Shown here piece after piece: positions 56,699 through 64,000 of a stretch of DNA of 64,000 bases. The notes beneath the pieces were generated by a model. That model saw nothing but the letters and a program-made list of their open reading frames with translations. It had not been told where the DNA came from and did not search any database. The translations under genes were made by a program, and so were the position numbers. The DNA is from Minisyncoccota bacterium (GTDB lineage: Bacteria > Patescibacteriota > Minisyncoccia > Phycocordibacterales > JBAYGS01), in assembly GCA_041666545.1 (NCBI GenBank), contig JBAYGS010000006.1:1154-65153 (forward strand). Direction: 5' to 3'. How positions within the stretch are numbered: the stretch's first letter is position 1; every line of letters begins with the position of its first letter.

Positions 56699-57691
56699 CT
56701 AAATCCCGCAGCCACTCGACTGGCGAGATGGTGTCACCTGAGCTGCAGGAGCACTCACACCCGCACCAACACCGCAACCACTTCCGCCTCCAGAACTTGA
56801 GGGCGCACTCGCTTGTGCGGCAATCTTGTCATAGCCCGAAGCGCTGGAATAATTGAGCCCCAGAATTTCTTGCGGATTAACTTTCGACCAATCAACACCT
56901 TTGTTCTTCAGGTGTGTGGCAATCGTCAGATAATTATCCGGAAACCAGTAGGAATTGACCGAGAGCGCCGTCCGCCACATCTCCTCTTCACCGACACCTT
57001 GCGATGCCATTAACTCCAAGAGTCCGAGCATCGCCATCCCGTGATTGCAATCCGGGAAATGAGTTGAATTGTTGCAACACGGGCGGTAAATCCCCCGCGA
57101 AACCTTATCAACCAACGCTTGCTGTTCCGGCGTCAGACTAAAGAACAGGTGCCGACTGTAATGATCCATCGGGTTGCCTAAGGCCACCGTCCAACCGCCG
57201 GTTGAAGCAAAATTTCCCGCGCCACCGTAAGCCGGATAGGTCATTTCGCCAGAATCGAGAATCGGATTTTTGCTGGCAAGACCAAGCGCCCAGAAAAGAT
57301 TTAAGAGGTAACCAGCATTATCTTGAGTAATCTTTAATTTCCCCGAACTCTGACCGGAAAGCATTTTTTCATACTCGGCCGGGAAACCGCCCCCGCGCGC
57401 CCGATAAAGCGCCCGGAATTTTTCGCCATCAATCGCCCCGACACTCGTAAGTTTCGCCCCCAAATCGTCCCAAACAACCGGCAGCTCGACCCCTGCTTCA
57501 GGCAGGACTTGGGCTTCGAGCACCGAAACTGTGCGAGCAGTTTCGGTGCTCTCCCCTTCAGTTGACTGGCTGGGAGAAGTCGCCACCGGCTCGGCCGTGT
57601 AGATAATCGCCCCGCCGACAATTATCGCCGAAAGCAAGATACAGACGCCGAGAAAATCTCTAGGACTTTGCTTCTGTTGATTATTTTCCAT
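56699..57691 (-). CDS. Exported hypothetical protein with a Cys/His/Met-rich motif (CCNNSTHFPDCNHGM)
   Basis: 330 aa with an N-terminal TM anchor. Confidence 0.4.
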   Translation of the reverse strand: MENNQQKQSPRDFLGVCILLSAIIVGGAIIYTAEPVATSPSQSTEGESTETARTVSVLEAQVLPEAGVELPVVWDDLGAKLTSVGAIDGEKFRALYRARGGGFPAEYEKMLSGQSSGKLKITQDNAGYLLNLFWALGLASKNPILDSGEMTYPAYGGAGNFASTGGWTVALGNPMDHYSRHLFFSLTPEQQALVDKVSRGIYRPCCNNSTHFPDCNHGMAMLGLLELMASQGVGEEEMWRTALSVNSYWFPDNYLTIATHLKNKGVDWSKVNPQEILGLNYSSASGYDKIAAQASAPSSSGGGSGCGVGAGVSAPAAQVTPSRQSSGCGI

Positions 57692-57694
57692 AAG

Positions 57695-58066
57695 TTAGCA
57701 ACAATTTTTTAATTTCTCTTCAATGTCCTGCCGGCTTTCGCGAGTTACTTGAACATCAGACCGACCTTTGAAACCAAACCAGAGCAAAAGATACCCAACA
57801 ATCGCCAATCCGAAATATAGCCAGGCAAAATTGAGTAAAGCGATCATCGCCGCGAAACCAAACGGAATAGATATTAATTTCCACCACATTTCTCGATCGC
57901 TAATTTTCCGACTCAAGGTATAGGAGATACCGACCGCACTTCCACCCATCAGCATCGCAATAAACGGCTCGCTGACCGGATAGTCAAACCCCTTCAGAAA
58001 AAGAAGTGTGAGCCAAGTCAGACTGACGAGCGCGCAAATTGGACAGATTTTTTTTAGAATTTGCAT
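57695..58066 (-). CDS. Membrane protein with CPIC motif
   Basis: 123 aa with 3 TM helices. Confidence 0.35.
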   Translation of the reverse strand: MQILKKICPICALVSLTWLTLLFLKGFDYPVSEPFIAMLMGGSAVGISYTLSRKISDREMWWKLISIPFGFAAMIALLNFAWLYFGLAIVGYLLLWFGFKGRSDVQVTRESRQDIEEKLKNCC

Positions 58067-58067
58067 A

Positions 58068-58847
58068 TTAGATGAATAAGATTAAAAGACCGATAATCAA
58101 CATCGCCAAGCCTGCCCAAAGATGAACATCTTGTAGTTGCGTCCTCCGCCAGTCTTTGACTTTATCAATCAAGATTGGACTGGAAGCGATAATCAACACC
58201 GCGACCAAAGGCACAATCAAAATCAGATTGTAGAGCAAGAGATAGCCAAAACCGGAAAAGTAAGTCAGCGAATCATGAAGCAAACCGATAACCATTAGGT
58301 ACGGCCCGCCCATGCAAGGAAATTGGCAGAGCCCAACAAGAATTCCCAGACCAAACGCCGCCGGCAAGGAAGCGACGTTGATGAGCCGGCTCATTGCCCC
58401 GTGCGCCGAATCAGGGATTTTCAAGCGAATCGGAAACTTCGGGAAAATCGCGCCGAGCAAATTCAAAAGGCCGAAAGCGATTAACATCCCCGCCCCTAAC
58501 TTCCCCATAAAGTGGGGCACGCTGAAGATATGGAGCACTTGCAGAAGCCCGATGCCAATTGCGAAATACGCCGCGAAAATTCCGAAGATATAGAGTCCGC
58601 CAATTTGTAGAATTTTCTTGCGTGTGAGTTGCAGACCGAATAGAAATGCGATCGTAATCAAAAGAATCGAGAACGAACATGGATGCACGCTGTCTAAGAG
58701 TGCCGAGAAGAAAACCAGAGGCAAAAGCCAAACCCCGCCCTGACTCACACTCCATAGGAACGACGAAAAGCCCGGGCTGAATTTCAGAATAACAACTCCG
58801 ATGATTGCGAGCAGGACTATTCCAATTGTAATTTTAAGTTTTTTCAC
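58068..58847 (-). CDS. DsbD/CcdA-like thiol-disulfide transmembrane protein (GTG start)
   Basis: TM Cys motifs SVHPCSFS and LCQFPCMGGPY. Polytopic. Confidence 0.55.
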   Translation of the reverse strand: MKKLKITIGIVLLAIIGVVILKFSPGFSSFLWSVSQGGVWLLPLVFFSALLDSVHPCSFSILLITIAFLFGLQLTRKKILQIGGLYIFGIFAAYFAIGIGLLQVLHIFSVPHFMGKLGAGMLIAFGLLNLLGAIFPKFPIRLKIPDSAHGAMSRLINVASLPAAFGLGILVGLCQFPCMGGPYLMVIGLLHDSLTYFSGFGYLLLYNLILIVPLVAVLIIASSPILIDKVKDWRRTQLQDVHLWAGLAMLIIGLLILFI

Positions 58848-58896
58848 AGAATTTTTTATTTTTAATTTTCATTTTTAGATTTCAATTTTTCATTTT

Positions 58897-59502
58897 CTAT
58901 GGCTTAACTAGCGCCTTGATTTCCAACTGGATCGCATTCCCTGCCTCATCCTCCAAATTAATAAACCGACCAATCACCCCGACTCCGGCCGGACCGTGAG
59001 CATTTGGGTCATAAATCGCCCGAATAACGCGACTCTCCCCCGCCTTAATGATTTCATTGGCCGGCGGAACATAACCCATTCCCGGCATACCGAAAGGCCC
59101 CTTGGTACTGCCGTCTTCTCTAATCAATATAGCTTTAGTACACATGCAGGAAGTCGTGACCTTTTTGAGATTAATGTCGTTGGCAGTTGGATTGGTAATC
59201 GTAAAATCCTTTTCCACATTTCCATCTTTCATCGAGATCGTGCCGAAATCATAGAAGATCTCCGGAGCATAGAGCGTACTAGTAGCTGTATCGTACCCGA
59301 TGGCAGGATGAAAACTTGGGTCAACATCCCCCACTGATGCAGTATTGGTATTTCCGGTATTTTTTACATTCTTCGGATAGCCCCATACCAGAATAAATAC
59401 CAGAATCAATAACGTGAGAACCGCAATAATCACTATTTTTAATTTCATAATTGAATAATTAGAGAAACATAATTTAATAACAAATAGCAACAAGCCCGCC
59501 AA
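58897..59502 (-). CDS. DUF1573-domain protein
   Basis: YDFGTI...FTITNPTANDINLKKVTTSCMCT resembles the DUF1573 signature (SCGCT). Confidence 0.6.
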   Translation of the reverse strand: MAGLLLFVIKLCFSNYSIMKLKIVIIAVLTLLILVFILVWGYPKNVKNTGNTNTASVGDVDPSFHPAIGYDTATSTLYAPEIFYDFGTISMKDGNVEKDFTITNPTANDINLKKVTTSCMCTKAILIREDGSTKGPFGMPGMGYVPPANEIIKAGESRVIRAIYDPNAHGPAGVGVIGRFINLEDEAGNAIQLEIKALVKP

Positions 59503-59553
59503 AAATGAGCGGGCGCGCCGAAAAACGAAAAACCCCTCGTTTTTCGGCGCTAA

Positions 59554-59976
59554 CTAAAAAGCCGGACTATTCTCGAGAAGCGAGAGCCAGCGAATTATTT
59601 TCCTTTGAGCGGCAACCCTAGGCGGACAATCGGCAAAACTTCTGGCTAAAACCAGATTAGGCGAACTGAAAATTGTCGCTTGACGAATTATCAAAAGGGC
59701 CAAGACCAAAAGCGCAAAGAGGAACGCGAACACACTAAACAAACTGGAACCCACCGGCACATTAATAAATGCCAGATAGGCGGAGATATGATGAGCGACC
59801 AGCGCCAAAGCATTTTGCGGGCAAAGCGACACTTCACCGGTAGCGAACAAACAGCCGTTTCCTCCTTCGCCGACGCCCTGATGCATCATTACCGAAAAAC
59901 TCAAAACCGCAACCGCCATAAAAGCAATTAAAACCAGAATGGATAAGACTTTTTGCGATTTAATCGAAGCTGTCAT
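59554..59976 (-). CDS. Membrane protein of unknown function
   Basis: 140 aa with 3 TM helices. Lies immediately downstream of copA. Confidence 0.4.
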   Translation of the reverse strand: MTASIKSQKVLSILVLIAFMAVAVLSFSVMMHQGVGEGGNGCLFATGEVSLCPQNALALVAHHISAYLAFINVPVGSSLFSVFAFLFALLVLALLIIRQATIFSSPNLVLARSFADCPPRVAAQRKIIRWLSLLENSPAF

Positions 59977-59985
59977 AATTCTATT

Positions 59986-62214
59986 CTACACCTTTTTAGC
60001 ATTTAGTCTAAGAGAATTCACCACCACCGAAACACTCGAAAGCGCCATCGCCAAACTGGCGAAAATCGGGTTCATCAGAATACCAAAGACAGGATAAAGC
60101 GCACCCATCGCGACCGGAATCAAAATCACATTGTAGCCGAAAGCCCAAAACAAATTCTGCTTGATGGTCCGCATCGTCGCCTTGGAAAGCGCGATGGTCG
60201 AAGCGATGGAGCGGATGTCTTTGTTGATAAGAGTAATATCGGCCGCCTCGATCGCCACATCCGTCCCGCTTCCCATCGCGATACCGACATCGGCGGCGGC
60301 AAGAGCCGGCGCGTCATTGATGCCGTCGCCAATCATCGCCACTTTTCGGCCAGCCATTTGGAGTTTGCGAATTTCACTTTCTTTATCCCCCGGCAAAACT
60401 TCGGCTAAAATTTCTGTAATGCCAAGCGCTCCGCCAATCGCCTTGGCGGTTCGCGGATTATCTCCGGTAATCATCACCACTTTCAAACCCAGCTTTTGGA
60501 GCGCCATTACTCCGGCCTTGGCCGAATCTTTGGCCGTATCGGCAACCGCGATAAGCGCCAAAAGTTCCCGTCCGCGCGAGAGGAACATCACGGTCTTGCC
60601 TTCGTCCTCCAGTTTCACTACATCTTTTTCGTGTTCGGCGAGTGAAATTCCTCTCGCCGTCAGCAAACGCCGGTTACCAAAAGCAAACTCCTGACTTTCA
60701 ATCTCACCAACAATCCCCTGCCCGGGCACCGCTTGGAATTTCTCAACCTTAAGCAAACCGAGTTTTTGTTCCTCACTGCCTTTCAAAATCGCTTCGGCGA
60801 GTGAATGCTCCGACCCTTTTTCAAGCGAAGCGGCAAAAGTCAGCGCCCGCTTGGAATCAAGTCCGCCAAAAGCGACAACCTCGGCGAGTTTCGGTGTCCC
60901 ATTAGTCAAAGTGCCGGTCTTGTCAAAAACCACCGTGTCAATTTTGTGCGCCAACTCCAAACTTTCCGCATCCTTAATCAAAATCCCGTGAGTCGCGCCT
61001 TTGCCGGTGCCGACCATAATCGCCGTCGGAGTTGCGAGCCCCATCGCGCACGGGCAAGCAATAATCAAAACCGCAATTAAATTGAGAAGCGCGTAAGTCA
61101 CGGCCGGCGACGGTCCCCAGACATACCAAACGACAAAAGTCAGAACCGCGAGCATCATCACAATCGGCACAAAATATGACGACACCAAATCAGCCAGCCG
61201 TTGGATTGGCGCTTTCGAGCCTTGAGCTTCTTCCACCAATTTAATAATTTGCGCCAAGAGAGTGTCCTTCCCAACCTTATCAGCCCGAAAAGTAAAAGTG
61301 CCGGTTTTGTTTAAAGTCGCGCCAAAAACTTTATCCCCCGTCGCTTTGTCCGCCGGCAAGGATTCGCCGGTCACCATTGATTCGTCAACCGAAGAAGCCC
61401 CCTCGACAATCACGCCGTCAACCGGAATTTTCTCGCCGGGCCTGACTCGCACCAAATCACCAACTATCACCTGCTCAATCGGCAAATCAATCTCTTTTCC
61501 ATCACGCAGAACCCGCGCGGTTTTGGCCTGAAGTCCAATCAGTTTGCGAATTGCCTCTCCCGTCCCCAATTTCGCCCGTTCCTCAAAATATCGCCCGAGC
61601 AAAATCAACCCGATAATCACGACCGCCACATCAAAATACGGTTCGGGCTTGATGCCAAGCGCCAAAACCGTCTCGGGAAAAACCGTAATAAAAGCCGAGT
61701 AAAGAAACGCCACCGTCGTGCCAATCATGACCAAAGTATCCATATTAGCAGTACGGTGTTTAAGCGCCGGCCAAGCCGCCCGATAGAAAATCGAGCCGAT
61801 CCAAAACTGAACCGGCAGAGCCAGAATAAGTTGCAGCCAGAAATTTTTGAGAATCGCAGGCGCCGTCTCCATCAAACCGGGGAAACTTCCCCAAACAATC
61901 AAAGCGCCCAAAACCAAACTGAAAATCACTTTGTTTCGCAAAACTTTGAGATTTTTAAGCCGCCGGACTTTCGCCTCGTCTTCGGTTTCAATTTCCTGAC
62001 TCAAGCGAGCTTGGTAACCGGCACCCTCAACGGCCTTGCCGATGATTTCATCAGTCACCCTTTCGGACTCAAACTCCACCGTGGCCTTGTTCGTGGCGAG
62101 ATTGACCGCGGCCCTCTTCACCCCGGGGACTTTTTGCAGCGACTGTTCAATCAACATCACGCACGAAGCGCAATGCATCCCCTTAATCGCAAAAGTTTTT
62201 TTAGTTGTTTCCAT
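59986..62214 (-). CDS. copA: Copper-translocating P1B-type ATPase
   Basis: N-terminal HMA (GMHCASC). CPC ([12 protein letters not shown]). [15 protein letters not shown]. Confidence 0.95.
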   Translation of the reverse strand: METTKKTFAIKGMHCASCVMLIEQSLQKVPGVKRAAVNLATNKATVEFESERVTDEIIGKAVEGAGYQARLSQEIETEDEAKVRRLKNLKVLRNKVIFSLVLGALIVWGSFPGLMETAPAILKNFWLQLILALPVQFWIGSIFYRAAWPALKHRTANMDTLVMIGTTVAFLYSAFITVFPETVLALGIKPEPYFDVAVVIIGLILLGRYFEERAKLGTGEAIRKLIGLQAKTARVLRDGKEIDLPIEQVIVGDLVRVRPGEKIPVDGVIVEGASSVDESMVTGESLPADKATGDKVFGATLNKTGTFTFRADKVGKDTLLAQIIKLVEEAQGSKAPIQRLADLVSSYFVPIVMMLAVLTFVVWYVWGPSPAVTYALLNLIAVLIIACPCAMGLATPTAIMVGTGKGATHGILIKDAESLELAHKIDTVVFDKTGTLTNGTPKLAEVVAFGGLDSKRALTFAASLEKGSEHSLAEAILKGSEEQKLGLLKVEKFQAVPGQGIVGEIESQEFAFGNRRLLTARGISLAEHEKDVVKLEDEGKTVMFLSRGRELLALIAVADTAKDSAKAGVMALQKLGLKVVMITGDNPRTAKAIGGALGITEILAEVLPGDKESEIRKLQMAGRKVAMIGDGINDAPALAAADVGIAMGSGTDVAIEAADITLINKDIRSIASTIALSKATMRTIKQNLFWAFGYNVILIPVAMGALYPVFGILMNPIFASLAMALSSVSVVVNSLRLNAKKV

Positions 62215-62266
62215 ATTTTCAGCAAGGTTCGACCTTGAATCTTCAAAAAGGTCGAACCTTAAATTT

Positions 62267-62632
62267 TTAAGCTACGACTACGATTTTCCCGTGATACATA
62301 TTCATCGCGCAGGAATATCGATACTCACCGACTTTAGTTGGTTTAATCTCGATTGAGACAGTTTGGTTCAGGGGTAGCTCGCGCTTGATTTTGAAGTCTG
62401 GTATCACCACCTCGGAAAGACACTCGGTCGGGTCGGTTCGTTTGAAATTAAGCGTGGTCGTCTGATTAACCGGAATCGAAATCACTTCCGGCGTGTAACC
62501 GCCGAACACAGAAATGTCCGCCGAATTACCTAAAACTTTGACCGCCTTACCTTTTTTCATTAAGAAAAACCAATATATAAAGCCGATAGCAATTAGACCG
62601 GCGATTATCACAATTATTTTATCCGGAGTCAT
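62267..62632 (-). CDS. Cupredoxin-like domain protein (CAMNM-type)
   Basis: N-terminal TM helix. C-terminal [16 protein letters not shown]. Confidence 0.65.
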   Translation of the reverse strand: MTPDKIIVIIAGLIAIGFIYWFFLMKKGKAVKVLGNSADISVFGGYTPEVISIPVNQTTTLNFKRTDPTECLSEVVIPDFKIKRELPLNQTVSIEIKPTKVGEYRYSCAMNMYHGKIVVVA

Positions 62633-62637
62633 AAAAA

Positions 62638-62895
62638 TTATTTACGTTTTAAATTATACACTTTCAAAATCTCCTTTACAGCCTTTTTGTCTTTCCCGTT
62701 CTTTATTTGATCTATCAAACAACTGCCCAGATGACTTTCCATCAAGGCATCCTCGACGCCGGAGAGTGCCTGTTTTACGGCCGAAGTTTGGGTAATCACA
62801 TCAATACAATACTTGTCATTTTCAAGCATACTCTGTAATCCCCTCACCTGCCCCTCAATAATTTTTAATCTTTTTACTAGCTTAGCTTTGTCCAT
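62638..62895 (-). CDS. csoR: CsoR/RcnR-family copper-sensing transcriptional repressor
   Basis: LKIIEGQVRGLQSMLENDKYCIDVITQTSAV...HLGSC (C-H-C metal ligands). True start is the internal Met at 62895. The upstream part of ORF 62638..63096 overlaps the RT gene. Confidence 0.8.
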   Translation of the reverse strand: MDKAKLVKRLKIIEGQVRGLQSMLENDKYCIDVITQTSAVKQALSGVEDALMESHLGSCLIDQIKNGKDKKAVKEILKVYNLKRK

Positions 62896-62903
62896 GCAGA
62901 CAG

Positions 62904-62926
62904 TATATACCCCTAGGGGGTATATA
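62904..62926. promoter_or_regulatory. CsoR-type operator: GC-tract pseudo-palindrome TATATACCCCTAGGGGGTATATA, 8 nt upstream of the csoR ATG
   Basis: Matches the known CsoR operator architecture (ATACCC-N-GGGGGTAT). Confidence 0.6.
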
Positions 62927-62927
62927 G

Positions 62928-63938
62928 TCAAGTAGCTATGCCGGCCAAGAACTTTCTCAGCTTCCATGTATTCCCATGCCCCAACAATCCCAAATAAGAT
63001 TGCCGAGTTTCCGGCTTGTCGCTCAGAACCGACTTCTTGAACATTCTTCGCTTCGTCGCCGTCCGCAAAACCCGATGGTCGGGGAAATTCACCCAACCGA
63101 GAAAATCAACTCCTGAAACCAGAGTTTTGATACTGACTTTGTCCGGATGAAGTTCAAGCTTTAACCTCTCTCGCAGGAATAGTACGATATATCGTAACAT
63201 TGTTTCCAGTTTGCCTTTGTCCGAATCAAGAACCACAAAATCATCAGCGTAGCGGATATAATATTTCACTTTCAGTTTATGCTTCACAAACTGGTCAAAT
63301 TCGTTCATATAAATGTTCACCCAAAGTTGCGAAGTAAGATTACCCAAGGGTAGACCTTTTTTAATCTCAGCCATGGCGTAGATTGGACTTTCGGTTTGGA
63401 AACTCTCGATGACTCGTTCCAAAAGCCCGAGAGTGTCACGGTCACAAATTTGTTTCGCCAAAATCCTGAGTAAAACCTCGTGGTCAATTGAGGCAAAAAA
63501 CTTTCGGACATCGCACTTCAAAACCCAGCAAGTCCGACTGTTGTTTCTCGAGACTTTTCGACCAAAATCTCTAAACCGATTTATCGCTCGATGTGTTCCC
63601 TTGAAATTCCGGCAAGAGTAGGAATCATGGATAAACTTTTTATCGAAATAAGGATACAAAATCCGATAGATAGCGTGGTGCAATAATCTATCTCGCACTG
63701 TTGCCTTGTGAATATTACGCGGTTTCGGGTCAGCAATTTTGAAATGTTTGTATGGCCCGTGTCGGTATGTCTTGGTTCGCAAGTCCTCATGTAGACAAAA
63801 AATATTTTTGGAAAGATTCAGGGAAAATTCAGCAACATCATTTTTGTTTTTCCTGCCACGCACAAATTCACGCCATGCACCAAATAAATTTTCCATAGAT
63901 ATGATATCGTTATAGCCATGATTCATGCTCCCCATCAT
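62928..63938 (-). CDS. Reverse transcriptase of the diversity-generating retroelement (DGR) type
   Basis: RT motifs 1-7 are present. YIRYADDFVV (YADD). Motif 4 reads GLPLGNLTSQLWVNIY, with the DGR-typical [ILV]GxxxSQ in place of the group-II QGxxxSP. The size (336 aa) fits DGR or retron RTs. Confidence 0.75.
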   Translation of the reverse strand: MMGSMNHGYNDIISMENLFGAWREFVRGRKNKNDVAEFSLNLSKNIFCLHEDLRTKTYRHGPYKHFKIADPKPRNIHKATVRDRLLHHAIYRILYPYFDKKFIHDSYSCRNFKGTHRAINRFRDFGRKVSRNNSRTCWVLKCDVRKFFASIDHEVLLRILAKQICDRDTLGLLERVIESFQTESPIYAMAEIKKGLPLGNLTSQLWVNIYMNEFDQFVKHKLKVKYYIRYADDFVVLDSDKGKLETMLRYIVLFLRERLKLELHPDKVSIKTLVSGVDFLGWVNFPDHRVLRTATKRRMFKKSVLSDKPETRQSYLGLLGHGNTWKLRKFLAGIAT

Positions 63939-64000
63939 ATTACCCCCCCCCGAGAATTACCACAGGTAATTCTCAAACTGAAAGAAACTTATCGTGTCTG

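Noticed and set aside
62896-63096. N-terminal 67 residues of ORF 62638..63096
   Set aside because: They overlap the RT gene in another frame. The CsoR homology begins at the internal Met (62895).
1-64000. tRNA, rRNA, tmRNA, SRP RNA and RNase P RNA genes
   Set aside because: Intergenic regions were scanned for T-loop (GTTCGAATC-like) and other conserved cores, and none was found. Tools (tRNAscan, Infernal) would be decisive.
1-64000. CRISPR array
   Set aside because: The only regular repeats are 7- and 13-bp tandem units and dispersed 40-bp blocks. There is no repeat-spacer architecture.

Overview
This 64-kb window looks like a chromosome segment from a small-genome Candidate Phyla Radiation organism (Patescibacteria/Parcubacteria-like). 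That placement is an inference from gene content: compact gene spacing, very large Ser/Thr-rich surface proteins, a diversity-generating retroelement (DGR) type reverse transcriptase, and no rplA between rplK and the next gene. Coding is dense, about 70 genes. Housekeeping genes include rplL, rplJ, ftsK, recA, efp, an rpsF-ssb-rpsR operon, metG, ileS, argS, a folate/dTMP cluster (glyA, thyA, folA, folD, dCMP deaminase), and rplK-nusG-secE. The right-hand 10 kb is a copper/thiol-redox island (csoR, cupredoxin-like, copA, DsbD/CcdA-like, HMA-fusion, cytochrome b5-like) that ends in a DGR-type reverse transcriptase at the window edge. No rRNA, tRNA or CRISPR array was found.

The most unusual sequence-level signal is a four-copy family of miniature inverted-repeat (MITE-like) elements of about 115 or 190 bp, bounded by perfect TIRs (ATCCCGTTAGARAT ... 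ATYTCTAACGGGAT). Three copies abut a start codon exactly, with short direct duplications that contain the ATG. One pair of copies shows compensatory base changes in an internal stem.

Other notable items:
- IleRS carries an embedded histidine-phosphatase (RHGES) domain inside its catalytic core.
- An IS200/RAYT-like HUH transposase is flanked by perfect palindromes.
- ACGAAT/ATTCGT direct-repeat arrays sit in promoter regions.
- Heptamer tandem repeats lie in the ribosomal-protein leaders.
- A shared G-less motif precedes the recO and rpsR start codons.
- A CsoR-type operator is present.
- Several GC-rich genes look foreign.

All calls rest on reading the sequence and on motif recall. No searches were run.
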